DNA from: an uncultured bacterium
Lineage (GTDB): Bacteria; Zixibacteria; MSB-5A5; UBA10806
Direction of reading: 5' to 3'
Assembly (NCBI GenBank): GCA_965541585.1
Contig: CBEUCH010000006.1
Location: 146,719 to 210,718 of the forward strand
Length of the DNA stretch: 64,000 nucleotides
A program made the position numbers and the translations under genes. Positions 29,175 to 38,777 of the stretch are shown piece by piece; positions within the stretch are counted from its first letter, which is position 1; every line of letters starts with the position of its first letter. The notes beneath the pieces are model-generated. The model saw only the letters and a list, made by a program, of their open reading frames with translations. It was not told where the DNA came from and ran no database searches.

Positions 29175-30630
29175 CCGTTCGGTAGAGGATATTAAGAAAA
29201 GGCAGAGGAATCTCGAGGCATCTCTCGAGGATCTGGGTCACAAGCTGGTCAATGTCCTTTTCGCGACCTTTAAGATCGCGACGATGTACGAACCGAATAA
29301 CAATCGCTATATCGATCAGAGCGGTAAGCTCCGTGCGGTCCTCGATAAAATATTCGACGAGGAACCCGATTTTGCTCTCGTAGCCAGAGGAGGATACCTC
29401 TTCCTATCCGAAGTCAGGCTCAAAGCCGATCGTGACAGCGACGCCGCCACAACGTATTTTCTCGAGAACTGGCCTGCGTTGGGGCTTTCGGGATTTTCCT
29501 TTTTCCAGGGTCTGGATCCGAGAGAACTTGACAAGTTCGTATTCTTCATCAGCGGCTTTAAACCGGGTGAAGATAGAGATGAGAATTATCAGTCTATCAA
29601 GCAACGGCTGGACGATCTTCGGATAGAGAAAATCGCGTTGATAAAATATACACCGGAGGATGATAAGCCGGTCGATGAAGAGGAGAAGAACAAGATTCGG
29701 GCCAGAGCGCGTAAGACGTTCTTCTCGGCCCTGGCTGTAGTTCAAAGTAATGCAGGCCAGGCGCGCAATCAGGGTAGCATAAATATCGCCAAAACCAAAA
29801 GGGTGGTTCAGGGTCTTATAGATATCATAATTGAAGATGAAGCCGCCCTCATGGAAATGACAACATTGAGGAATTTCGATGACTACACATACATCCATTC
29901 TGTAAACGTCTGCGTTCTCTCCTTGGTACTCGGATATCATCTCGGGCTGGATCGCAGAAGAATGTCTCATCTGGGAGTTGGTGCCCTGGCCCATGATATA
30001 GGCAAGACCAGTCTTCCCATCGATCTGGTCAATAAACCAACGGAATATGATGAATACGACTGGCAGTTGATGCGAAAGCATCCTGTATTTGGCGTCAAGT
30101 TTCTCTATAAGACCAGGAAGGTGGAGGAGACCACGGTGCAGGCATCGACCGTTATCTTCGAACATCATATCGGATATGATGGTTCCGGTTACCCGGAACT
30201 TCTCAATAGAAGAAAACCGACCCTTTATGCTCGTATCGTGGCCATTGCTGATACATACAACGCCATGACCTCCGGAAGGGTTTATCATCGAGAAAAGTAT
30301 CTTCCCGACCAGGCGATTGCCAACATGGTAAACCGCGTCGGCAAATCATACGATCCGATTCTGCTGAAGGTGTTTGTTAACTCTATCGGGATTTATCCGG
30401 TGGGAACGGTTGTGGCCTTGTCGTCCAGAGAAATAGGTATCGTGGCGAGGAACAAGCCGGAGGACCCCGAGCACCCCGAGGTTAAAGTTATAGGTGATGA
30501 TACAGGGCTTTTCGATGTCGGCGAGGTTAAGGTAATCGATCTCTCCGACGAAAGCGGAATCTCCATAACCAGGATCATAGATGGTGAGAAGTATAATATT
30601 GACAACGCAGAATACCTGCATTCTGGCTGA
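29167..30630 (+). CDS. HD-GYP domain phosphodiesterase
   Basis: YTYIHSVNV, HDIGK, EHH, DGSGYP, IADTYNAMTS; probable TTG start at 29167 after an AAGGGAG RBS. Confidence 0.9.
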   Translation: MFNRSVEDIKKRQRNLEASLEDLGHKLVNVLFATFKIATMYEPNNNRYIDQSGKLRAVLDKIFDEEPDFALVARGGYLFLSEVRLKADRDSDAATTYFLENWPALGLSGFSFFQGLDPRELDKFVFFISGFKPGEDRDENYQSIKQRLDDLRIEKIALIKYTPEDDKPVDEEEKNKIRARARKTFFSALAVVQSNAGQARNQGSINIAKTKRVVQGLIDIIIEDEAALMEMTTLRNFDDYTYIHSVNVCVLSLVLGYHLGLDRRRMSHLGVGALAHDIGKTSLPIDLVNKPTEYDEYDWQLMRKHPVFGVKFLYKTRKVEETTVQASTVIFEHHIGYDGSGYPELLNRRKPTLYARIVAIADTYNAMTSGRVYHREKYLPDQAIANMVNRVGKSYDPILLKVFVNSIGIYPVGTVVALSSREIGIVARNKPEDPEHPEVKVIGDDTGLFDVGEVKVIDLSDESGISITRIIDGEKYNIDNAEYLHSG

Positions 30631-30733
30631 TCTCGCCGCTGGGGTTCATAAATCTCCTTTGCTATCGTTCCAATACCCACATTCTTAATAACAGGATTGA
30701 CAAATCCTAATCTGACTCAAATATATTTTAGCC

Positions 30734-32515
30734 ATGATAACTATGAAACGTCTGGACGCCTCCTTTCGCAGGATCGGCGAGAAGGCGAGGTTTTCGGAAA
30801 ACACGTATCTCATAATCATAGCACTTATCGTCGGGGTCTCGACCGGCCTGGGGGCGGTTATGTTCCGCTGGCTGATCTTGACCTTCAGTAATTTCTTTTT
30901 TGGCCACGGAATCAACTGGCTGATACCTTTGATTCCCATGGCAGGAGGACTTCTGGTCGGCCCGATCGTCTATTTTTACGCAACAGAGGCTAAGGGGCAT
31001 GGAGTACCTGAAGTCATGGCGGCCGTGGCGCTGAAATCCGGTGTTATAAGACCCCGGGTGGCGGTAGCCAAGGCTGTGGCCTCGGCGATCTGTATCGGCT
31101 CAGGAGGTTCGGCCGGAAGGGAAGGCCCCATAGTGCAGATTGGAGCCGCTATCGGGTCAACCGTGGGAAAGCTCTTCAAATTATCGGGCGATAGAGTCAA
31201 GATTCTGGTGGGATGTGGCGCGGCAGCCGGGATCTCGGCTGTGTTTAACGCTCCTATAGCCGGCGTTATCTTCGCGCTGGAGGTTATTCTGGGTGATTTC
31301 ACAATCAGGACATTTTCCCCGGTGATTCTCTCATCGGTTCTATCATCAGTTGTTTCTCGCGCTTTGTTGCGTGATCAACCGGCCTTCATAGTCCCACCGT
31401 ATCAACTGGTCTCGGCCTGGGAGATACCTCTCTACATTTTGTTAGGCGGCTTCGCTGGTATTGTGGCGGTGATATTTACCAGAACGCTTTATATGTCAGA
31501 GGATTTTTTCGACCATAAGGTGAAAATCCCCGCCTATCTGAAGCCGGCGCTCGGAGGGTTACTGCTCGGATTTGCGGGTCTCGTAGCGGTTAAGCTGAAT
31601 TACGCAGGCTTCACTTCCCTTTCGGCCCCGGCCATCTTCTCCGACGGTTATGAAGCAATTGGCTCGGTGCTGGATGGAGGTGGAATCTGGTTTACGCTTC
31701 TGGCTTTAGTTGTATTAAAGATCCTGGCCACAAACCTCACCCTCGGCTCGGGAAATTCAGGAGGAATATTCGCGCCATCTCTATTCATGGGCGCCATGGC
31801 CGGCGGCCTTTTCGGTATCGCGGTCCACTCTTTGTTTCCCGGCGTCACCGCGCATCCGGGCGCCTACGCCCTGGTGGGAATGGCGGCTGTAGTTGCCGGT
31901 ACGACCCACGCCACCATTACGTCGATTCTTATCGTTTTCGAGATGACCAAAGATTATCGAATTATGCTGGCTTTGATGATCGCATGTGTCTTCTCGACTT
32001 TGGTGGCCAGGCGGTTGTTGCATCCCTCCATATACTCAATGAAGTTAATCCGGCGGGGGATCAGATTAAGAGGCGGCCGCGATGTCAATTTGCTGGAGGT
32101 CATAAAAGTGGGCGACATTATGCAGCGCGATTTCAAAACCATTCCCATGCATACCAACCTGCATGCCCTGCTACGGTATCTCGAGGGATCGACCGAGACC
32201 ACGCTGCCGGTTGTGACACCTGAAGGCAGATTGTACGGTATGATATCGTTTCAGGATCTGAGGACCGTTTTAACAAGGCATGAGGTCGACGCTCTTGTGA
32301 TTGCCTCAGATATCGCCACCCGGGAGATCGTATCCATAACAGAGGATGAAAACCTCAACCAGGCGCTGGAGAAGTTTGGAATGCGCGATTTCGATCTTCT
32401 GCCCGTAGTGGAGAAGAACGATCCCACGAGAATTAAGGGGGTAATACATAAATCTTATGTCATCAGCTACTATAACAAGCGTCTCATGGAGCGGATGGTG
32501 GCAGAGGAGGGGTGA
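30734..32515 (+). CDS. ClC chloride channel / H+/Cl- antiporter with CBS domains
   Basis: GHGVPEV, GREGP, GGIFAP; C-terminal CBS pair. Confidence 0.94.
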   Translation: MITMKRLDASFRRIGEKARFSENTYLIIIALIVGVSTGLGAVMFRWLILTFSNFFFGHGINWLIPLIPMAGGLLVGPIVYFYATEAKGHGVPEVMAAVALKSGVIRPRVAVAKAVASAICIGSGGSAGREGPIVQIGAAIGSTVGKLFKLSGDRVKILVGCGAAAGISAVFNAPIAGVIFALEVILGDFTIRTFSPVILSSVLSSVVSRALLRDQPAFIVPPYQLVSAWEIPLYILLGGFAGIVAVIFTRTLYMSEDFFDHKVKIPAYLKPALGGLLLGFAGLVAVKLNYAGFTSLSAPAIFSDGYEAIGSVLDGGGIWFTLLALVVLKILATNLTLGSGNSGGIFAPSLFMGAMAGGLFGIAVHSLFPGVTAHPGAYALVGMAAVVAGTTHATITSILIVFEMTKDYRIMLALMIACVFSTLVARRLLHPSIYSMKLIRRGIRLRGGRDVNLLEVIKVGDIMQRDFKTIPMHTNLHALLRYLEGSTETTLPVVTPEGRLYGMISFQDLRTVLTRHEVDALVIASDIATREIVSITEDENLNQALEKFGMRDFDLLPVVEKNDPTRIKGVIHKSYVISYYNKRLMERMVAEEG

Positions 32516-32574
32516 GATTTTAGATGTAGATACGGATTTTGATTATGACATTTTGACTTTTTGAAGAGGAAAGA

Positions 32575-33384
32575 TTATTTCAGGAAAACGCTGATAACCT
32601 TATTAAACTCCTCCGGCGCCTCCAGATTTACCATATGCGCGGCGCCGCTTATTATTACGAGTTCAGAATTAGTTATATCGCGATTAAGATAATGGGCGGC
32701 GTCCAGTAATTGTGAATCCTGTGCCCCTGCGACAATAAGTGTCGGCTGTTTTATCTCATTCAATCTGGCTCGCCAATTTTCGGTGGATGGCGTCGCCTGG
32801 CGTGCAGTCATCATGCATAGAAGGTAATCGGGGTTGTGGCGTGCGATCATCCTCTCCCATACAGGACGGCTCTCCGGGTTACGCTTAAATATGTTATCCA
32901 CCAAGGGGCCGCTTAAAAGTCCGATCTCCTCGGCCCAGGCGTTCACGCCACGCAGGCGGAGAATATTTAGCTCCTGCTGCTGAAGCTCGGTCTCTTTTTG
33001 TGCTTTCGGACGGCCTGACGAGGGCAGAATCGATGATACCATGATCAGCCTTGTTACAATATCCGGCATCTCGTAGGCGATACGGAATGCCACCGGCCCG
33101 CTCATGGAAAATCCCAGAATTGTTACTTCGCCCGGATCGAGCGATTCTATGATGCCGATAATATCTTCGGCCATTATCGAACCCGACCAGCTCTTTCCGC
33201 AGGAGGACTGTCCGAATCCCCTCAGATCGACAGCGATAACCTTATGAGATTTTGCTAAAACGGACTTTTGGAATTCCCACATGGTGCTGTTAAGCGCATA
33301 GCCATGGAGAAGAACCAGTGGCGGCCCATCGCCGGTGATCTCATAATAAATGACGGCGTCTTCGGCATCGTAAAATGGCATCAC
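32575..33384 (-). CDS. Alpha/beta hydrolase
   Basis: LLHG, DLRGFG, GFSMSG nucleophile elbow, GAQD, AAH; ATGA overlap with recX stop. Confidence 0.9.
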   Translation of the reverse strand: MMPFYDAEDAVIYYEITGDGPPLVLLHGYALNSTMWEFQKSVLAKSHKVIAVDLRGFGQSSCGKSWSGSIMAEDIIGIIESLDPGEVTILGFSMSGPVAFRIAYEMPDIVTRLIMVSSILPSSGRPKAQKETELQQQELNILRLRGVNAWAEEIGLLSGPLVDNIFKRNPESRPVWERMIARHNPDYLLCMMTARQATPSTENWRARLNEIKQPTLIVAGAQDSQLLDAAHYLNRDITNSELVIISGAAHMVNLEAPEEFNKVISVFLK

Positions 33385-34031
33385 GAGTCCTCGGATTCAT
33401 CAGCCAGAACGGTTTTGACGGCGCTGTTAATGGTATCCCATGAGAATCCCTTGCCTCTGAGGAAACTGATCAGGCGGTTTCTGGCTTTATCGGCGGGAAG
33501 ATGCTTCAATGATCTGAGTTTTTTTTTGGCCAGTTCCATCACCGCATCTTGCTCATCAAAGCCTTCAAGCTCCATTTCGATAGCGAGCTCGGCCATCTCT
33601 TTGTCGATCCCTTTCTCCCATAGTTTCTGCTTCAGATACAATCGGGATTTAACTCCGCGAGCCATCTGGGATCTGATAAACGCCGCTGCGTATCTGGAAT
33701 CGTCGAAAAAGCCATAGCGCTTCAATTGGGCCATGGCATCATCTCTTATGGCAGGCGATCGCCTCTCGGCGGATAGTTTTCGCGTCAAATCCCTCTCCGA
33801 TATCATGCGGCGGGATAGAATCTGCATGCCCCTGTGCTTTAACCATGCCAGGTCTGCATGCTGATTGATCCGCTGAAAACGAGCATCGGAGATGATATCT
33901 CCAACTCTCAAACTGTTTTTATGGATGGTTTCTTCGTCGATAAGAAAAGGCGGTTTGCCCTTGATCTTCAGTTCAAACCACCCTTTTTTCCTCTTGACCG
34001 GTTCTATTCCGGCGATCAGTAATTCGGCCAA
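33381..34031 (-). CDS. recX: Regulatory protein RecX
   Basis: SERDL..KL, DDSRYA, LWEKGI, LRGKGF; directly downstream of recA. Confidence 0.9.
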   Translation of the reverse strand: MAELLIAGIEPVKRKKGWFELKIKGKPPFLIDEETIHKNSLRVGDIISDARFQRINQHADLAWLKHRGMQILSRRMISERDLTRKLSAERRSPAIRDDAMAQLKRYGFFDDSRYAAAFIRSQMARGVKSRLYLKQKLWEKGIDKEMAELAIEMELEGFDEQDAVMELAKKKLRSLKHLPADKARNRLISFLRGKGFSWDTINSAVKTVLADESEDS

Positions 34032-34050
34032 TCAGGACGCCCCCAAATAA

Positions 34051-35112
34051 TTATTTTTTCGTTTTCTCTTTTTCCGGCTTTGATGCCGCGGGCTCCTTTT
34101 GAATAGTCGGAGGAATCATCCCCAGGCACTCACGGATCCTGGCGTATACGTCCTTTGCCAGATCCCGGTTTTCCGTAAGGTAAGCTATGGAGTTATCCCG
34201 GCCCTGGCCGAGACGTTCCTCTCCACAGGAATACCAGGTTCCGGATCTCTCGATGATACCATGCTTTGAACCGAGGTCGATGAGCTCGCCCATCCTGGAG
34301 ATCCCTTTGCCATAGATGATATCGAATTCGGCATCGCGGAACGGTGGAGCCACCTTGTTTTTGACCACCCGGACCCTGGTTCTCGAACCGGTGACCTCGC
34401 CTCCGTCCTTCAGCGTGGCTATCTTGCGGATATCCAGCCGGACCGACGAATAGAATTTTAGCGCGTTGCCGCCGGGAGTCGTCTCCGGATTGCCGAACAT
34501 GATCCCGATCTTCATCCTGATCTGGTTGATGAAGATAACACAGGTCTTCGATTTGGAGATGGTGCCCGTCAGCTTTCTCATGGCCTGCGACATCAAGCGG
34601 GCCTGCAGACCCATATGCGAATCCCCCATCTCGCCCTCGATCTCCGCCTTGGGAACCAGGGCAGCCACGGAGTCGATGGCGATGAGATCGATGGCGCTGG
34701 AGCGAACCAGCGTTTCGGTAATATCGAGCGCCTGTTCGCCGGTATCGGGCTGACTGATCAGCAGGTTTTCGATATCGACACCCAGAACCCTCGCATAAGC
34801 AGGATCCATGCAATGTTCGGCGTCGATAAAGGCAGCGATACCGCCCAGCCTCTGGGCCTCGGCCAGAATATGCAGCGCCAGCGTGGTCTTCCCGGATGCC
34901 TCCGGCCCGAATATCTCCACCACCCGTCCGCGGGGTACCCCCCCGATGCCCAGTGCGACGTCGAGCCCGATGGAACCGGTCGGTATGGATGGTATCTTCA
35001 GATCGCCGGGGTCATCACCCAATCGCATAATCGAGCCCTTGCCGAACTGTCGCTCGATGGATGTCACCGCCATCTCGAGGGCTTTCTTTTTCTTCTCGTC
35101 GTTATCGCTCAT
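34051..35112 (-). CDS. recA: Recombinase RecA
   Basis: [32 protein letters not shown]. Confidence 0.99.
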   Translation of the reverse strand: MSDNDEKKKKALEMAVTSIERQFGKGSIMRLGDDPGDLKIPSIPTGSIGLDVALGIGGVPRGRVVEIFGPEASGKTTLALHILAEAQRLGGIAAFIDAEHCMDPAYARVLGVDIENLLISQPDTGEQALDITETLVRSSAIDLIAIDSVAALVPKAEIEGEMGDSHMGLQARLMSQAMRKLTGTISKSKTCVIFINQIRMKIGIMFGNPETTPGGNALKFYSSVRLDIRKIATLKDGGEVTGSRTRVRVVKNKVAPPFRDAEFDIIYGKGISRMGELIDLGSKHGIIERSGTWYSCGEERLGQGRDNSIAYLTENRDLAKDVYARIRECLGMIPPTIQKEPAASKPEKEKTKK

Positions 35113-35152
35113 TTATGCCCCTTCGTTAAAATTTTTCAAATCAACCGTCATG

Positions 35153-35181
35153 ATTATAAAATATACTGTTCAGATGTGCAA
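35153..35181 (-). promoter_or_regulatory. recA sigma-70 promoter with overlapping candidate LexA box
   Basis: Minus strand TTGCAC-17 nt-TATAAT; imperfect palindrome TGTTC-AGAT-GTGCA at 35167-35180. Confidence 0.7.
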
Positions 35182-35273
35182 GTGTTTTTTCGCCGTCATC
35201 ATAAGATTTTTATGACACGATCTGACAGTATGATATTGTTGACTTCTCCCCTTACTCTCTAATAATAAATAAG

Positions 35274-35834
35274 TTACAGCGATATAGCCTCGAGTTTAGT
35301 GTATTTGGGGCCGGCTGGAGAGAGGTCCGATTTGAATATGCTGACCTCATTTACGCCGAATGGCTGCGATTCATACCGGGTCTTCTCTATTTGAGCTAGA
35401 AGCTGATCGAGGCCTTTTGGGAATTTCACTCTGCCGATGGTCAAATGCGATGAAAACGGTTTGTCCCCTTTCCCGAAACCGGACTCGATAGTCGCCTGTT
35501 CCACCTGAGCGGCCAGGCTTTTGAGCCTGTCAATGCCTGAACCGGAGCCGATCCAGATCACCCGCGGCCTTCTCAGATTCGGGAAAGCCCCCAGACCTGA
35601 TAATGACAGATCGAACCCGCCGAATCCCTCGGTGTTGCCTTTTATGCTGTCGGCGAGCGACGGCACCGATTCTTCCGGGATATCGCCCAGAAACCGTAAT
35701 GTCAGGTGCAGGTTGGCCGCCTTCACCCAGCGGATATTGGCGTTGAGCTGCCGGAAGCCCGCGATCATCTTATCGATTTCCATCTTGATCTGTTGGGGAA
35801 GATCGACCGCTATGAATGTGCGTATGTCTGCCAT
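35274..35834 (-). CDS. thpR: RNA 2',3'-cyclic phosphodiesterase (2H family)
   Basis: RTFIA, two HxT motifs (HLTL, HLTI), GAFP...RVIW. Confidence 0.93.
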   Translation of the reverse strand: MADIRTFIAVDLPQQIKMEIDKMIAGFRQLNANIRWVKAANLHLTLRFLGDIPEESVPSLADSIKGNTEGFGGFDLSLSGLGAFPNLRRPRVIWIGSGSGIDRLKSLAAQVEQATIESGFGKGDKPFSSHLTIGRVKFPKGLDQLLAQIEKTRYESQPFGVNEVSIFKSDLSPAGPKYTKLEAISL

Positions 35835-35997
35835 TAGTTTAATATATACGAGGGCTTTTGAGATTCAAGGGGAAAAAGGAATAATAAAAATCTCCCATGG
35901 TACTCCTAATGCAGAAATACAACACCATCCTATCTTTGTAGGAATAACAACTTTTTTCTAAATAGGAGAGTTATTTACCGCCTGGGATGAATCGGCT

Positions 35998-36549
35998 TTA
36001 GAAGGCAGTTTTTAGAACTTCCCCATTTATCAATTCAGTTAGCCTTTTGATCCGCTTATAACGCAGGACATTTCTGTTCCAAGGTCTATCATAAACTATG
36101 ATCTCCATGTCGCTGGGAATTAGGTCGACGTAACCGAGATAATCTTCCACCAAACACCCTGGGGGAATATCAATATATTCTTTGCCATACTTGTTTACGA
36201 AATATAATTCATGATAATGAATTTTGTTCCGTGCAAGCCAATCTATCGTAACCTGTTTTAAATGAGGAGGTCTACTTGTTAATACCGAAACGATATGATG
36301 GTGGTTTAGAAATTCAGTTACCCTCGAAGCGCCAATTTCTTTTTCGATATTGGTGAATAATTCATAATCGCTATATATCGAATCCCATATTTCCCACATG
36401 TCTGATTGTGTAATTCCATATATTGTATTGAAATCGTAAACCACAAAGTCCCTGTATGTCTTCTTAATAGATAGACGTTTATTAAAATAATCTATAAATA
36501 CCTTATAGCTTTTTGACAAGCAATTATCAAGATCAATATAAATATTCAT
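35998..36549 (-). CDS. HAD-superfamily 5'(3')-nucleotidase, NT5C-like
   Basis: IDLDNCL (DxD), LTSR, VED, RPWN; ATGA overlap with the radical SAM gene stop. Confidence 0.8.
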   Translation of the reverse strand: MNIYIDLDNCLSKSYKVFIDYFNKRLSIKKTYRDFVVYDFNTIYGITQSDMWEIWDSIYSDYELFTNIEKEIGASRVTEFLNHHHIVSVLTSRPPHLKQVTIDWLARNKIHYHELYFVNKYGKEYIDIPPGCLVEDYLGYVDLIPSDMEIIVYDRPWNRNVLRYKRIKRLTELINGEVLKTAF

Positions 36550-37373
36550 CGCGTCTCTCTCGCTATGATTTGCCCACAACCCATTTCTTTTTGTACCCCG
36601 GCGCTTCGAAATACCTTACAGGGTACTTTTTCCATACAAAGTCGATTTTCCCATTTCTTAATATTCCGAGATACCAAAAACTCATCACTATTAGGATAAG
36701 AAAGCTTTATATAACCACATGCATTTATGATCTCTTTTCCTGTTAATAAAGCAGAAAGATCTTGGTCGCTGTCATTTAAACCATCTATTAAACAAATATT
36801 AAAAGAAACCCGTCTAAATGGAATCTCCTCGTAGAAGATCTTGGCTACTCTTAAAAGTCTACCGTAATCACTCGGAATGCCAAGCATCTTTTCCCTTCTA
36901 TCATTTACGGCGGTATGCAAGGATATCTGAAGTCTCACTTTCTCATTTCGTACAGCACTAATAACGTTGTGAATGTCTATTTTTGGAAGAATTGTAGAGA
37001 TACCGATTGAGATATTGTCTAATTCAGCGAGGGAGTTAATGAGCTTAAGTGTATTGTCTATGTTGCACATTGGTTCGCCAACACCCATCAAATCTATCTC
37101 AATGCGGCTATCCGACCTACGGCCGCAATTTTTATCTAAGATTTCTATTTGAGCATTAATTTCATCGATAGATAAGTTACGCAGGAATCTTGTTTTGCTA
37201 TTTGAGCAAAATACGCAATTAAAGGGGCATCCAATTTGTGATGAAACACAAAAGATATGCTGGTAGTCATCTCTATACGGTAGAAAGAGATAGGCACATT
37301 CTACTGTACCGTCGCCAAAATCCAAAGCGTATTTTCTATTAACGCCTAAACTAACCGTACTAACCACAATCAT
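36546..37373 (-). CDS. RlmN/Cfr-like radical SAM enzyme lacking the N-terminal domain (275 aa)
   Basis: FCVSSQIGCPFNCVFC, MGVGEP, ISLH, C-terminal GCGQ; ATGA overlap with dGTPase stop. Confidence 0.85.
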   Translation of the reverse strand: MIVVSTVSLGVNRKYALDFGDGTVECAYLFLPYRDDYQHIFCVSSQIGCPFNCVFCSNSKTRFLRNLSIDEINAQIEILDKNCGRRSDSRIEIDLMGVGEPMCNIDNTLKLINSLAELDNISIGISTILPKIDIHNVISAVRNEKVRLQISLHTAVNDRREKMLGIPSDYGRLLRVAKIFYEEIPFRRVSFNICLIDGLNDSDQDLSALLTGKEIINACGYIKLSYPNSDEFLVSRNIKKWENRLCMEKVPCKVFRSAGVQKEMGCGQIIARETR

Positions 37374-38497
37374 ATCTGAGCTACGGGATAAATAAACTGT
37401 TGGTATTTTCTTAGAATATAGCGATCCGTCATGCCTGATATGAAATCAATTAATAAGACACGGTCAATGTCATTATGCATCTCTAACGATCCATTTCCTT
37501 CTTTAATATAGCGTTCAAACCCCCTTTCCTCGGCACCGGCTATTTTCCGCTGGGTATAATTTAAATAGAAATCGAATACTTTTCGTACAATACTCTTTGC
37601 CTCTTCATATCTGCTTTTAATTCGTGGATCATAGTGTATTTTCTGCTCAATTATTTTAGTCCATGTCAACGCCATCAGGGCGGCACAATGAGGTTCCATT
37701 ACCAAATAGGGTTTCCCATGGTTGTCAGTAATCTGCCCGTAGTTCTCCAGGTTGTATTTGATAAATCTATTGATTATTGTTTTAAGTCGGATGTGTAATT
37801 CTGGGTCAAGGACTCCCAGAGCCTCCTTATCTAAGTCCGAAATCTTAATGTCCATATAAGACAACGTAAATTGGTTCTTATTTTTAATAGATTCCAACTC
37901 CCCTACTTTGTCTATAATATCTGACTTATCAGCGTCTTCTATATCGTGCGTAAGATATGCCATATCATCGGCGAACCTTATAACTTGACCTTCTAATGTA
38001 AGCGGTAGGTTTTTGGAAAAATCGGAATAATCAAGACGGTGTTTTCGTATACCATCAAGCGTTTCGGGCAGAAAGGATCTTCCGTATTTTGATCTAATTC
38101 CCGTAGCTATCTTATAACTATTTTCCGGGTGACTCCATTCTTTCAATGAAATGCCATGCTCCTTGACGATACTATCAAGGGCTTCCTCACCTGCATGTCC
38201 AAAGGGCGCGTGACCTATGTCGTGGCCTAGCGCCATTGCCTCAGTCAAATCAACATTCAGTTCAAGGACCCTCGCAATATTCTTAGCAATTCTCACGACC
38301 TCGAAAGTATGGGCTAAACGTGTTCGGACATGGTCATCTTGCGGTGTGGTGAAGATCTGTGATTTGTGAGCGAGTCTTCTGAAAGCATTTGAATAGATTA
38401 TTGCATCACCTTCCCTCACATATATGGATCTAACGTTATCAGCTTCGTAAAGCTCATCCCCTGTATTCGACCTGAATTCTGCGAGGTTCTTCAGCAT
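37370..38497 (-). CDS. dgt: Deoxyguanosinetriphosphate triphosphohydrolase-like HD protein (dNTPase)
   Basis: FRRLAHKSQ, RTRLAHTFEV, GHDIGHAPFGHAGE, ADDMAYLTHDIED, DFISGMTD; GGAGG RBS before ATG 38497. Confidence 0.9.
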   Translation of the reverse strand: MLKNLAEFRSNTGDELYEADNVRSIYVREGDAIIYSNAFRRLAHKSQIFTTPQDDHVRTRLAHTFEVVRIAKNIARVLELNVDLTEAMALGHDIGHAPFGHAGEEALDSIVKEHGISLKEWSHPENSYKIATGIRSKYGRSFLPETLDGIRKHRLDYSDFSKNLPLTLEGQVIRFADDMAYLTHDIEDADKSDIIDKVGELESIKNKNQFTLSYMDIKISDLDKEALGVLDPELHIRLKTIINRFIKYNLENYGQITDNHGKPYLVMEPHCAALMALTWTKIIEQKIHYDPRIKSRYEEAKSIVRKVFDFYLNYTQRKIAGAEERGFERYIKEGNGSLEMHNDIDRVLLIDFISGMTDRYILRKYQQFIYPVAQI

Positions 38498-38575
38498 ACA
38501 ATCCTCCACCAGGCGTAAATAAGGAAATCTAAAGCCCGGGCATTTCGCAGGAATTACGATTGGTTCTTCCTTTAC

Positions 38576-38604
38576 AATATAAAGAGCTATCTCTGCTTTT
38601 TCAA
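38576..38604 (-). promoter_or_regulatory. Putative sigma-70 promoter of the dGTPase operon
   Basis: Minus strand TTGAAA-17 nt-TATATT. Confidence 0.55.
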
Positions 38605-38680
38605 TAGCAATCTTTCATCTCGTTACCAAGCGGGGGCCTATACCCAGTATTGAAATCGCCGAACTATATAGAGTGGGTTC

Positions 38681-38720
38681 TCATATCCTCGGTGGCTTTA
38701 TCCCCAGTTTACGCAGGTAA
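38681..38720 (-). repeat. 40-bp duplicate of the 3' end of the DinB-family gene (40893-40932)
   Basis: 37 of 40 nt identical; encodes YLRKLGIKPPRI* versus YLRILGIKPPRI*. Confidence 0.85.
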
Positions 38721-38777
38721 GCGTGCATCAAACTACTCAACAGAAATTGACAGCCGTTCGAGATGCCGGTGCCTTGA

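Noticed and set aside
29404..30288. 294-aa antisense ORF; similar cases at 48643-49278 and 51579-52334
   Set aside because: Each lies opposite a well-supported gene and is explained by codon bias
34193..35262. Long alternative-frame and antisense ORFs over recA
   Set aside because: Shadow ORFs of a GC-rich conserved gene with no recognisable motifs
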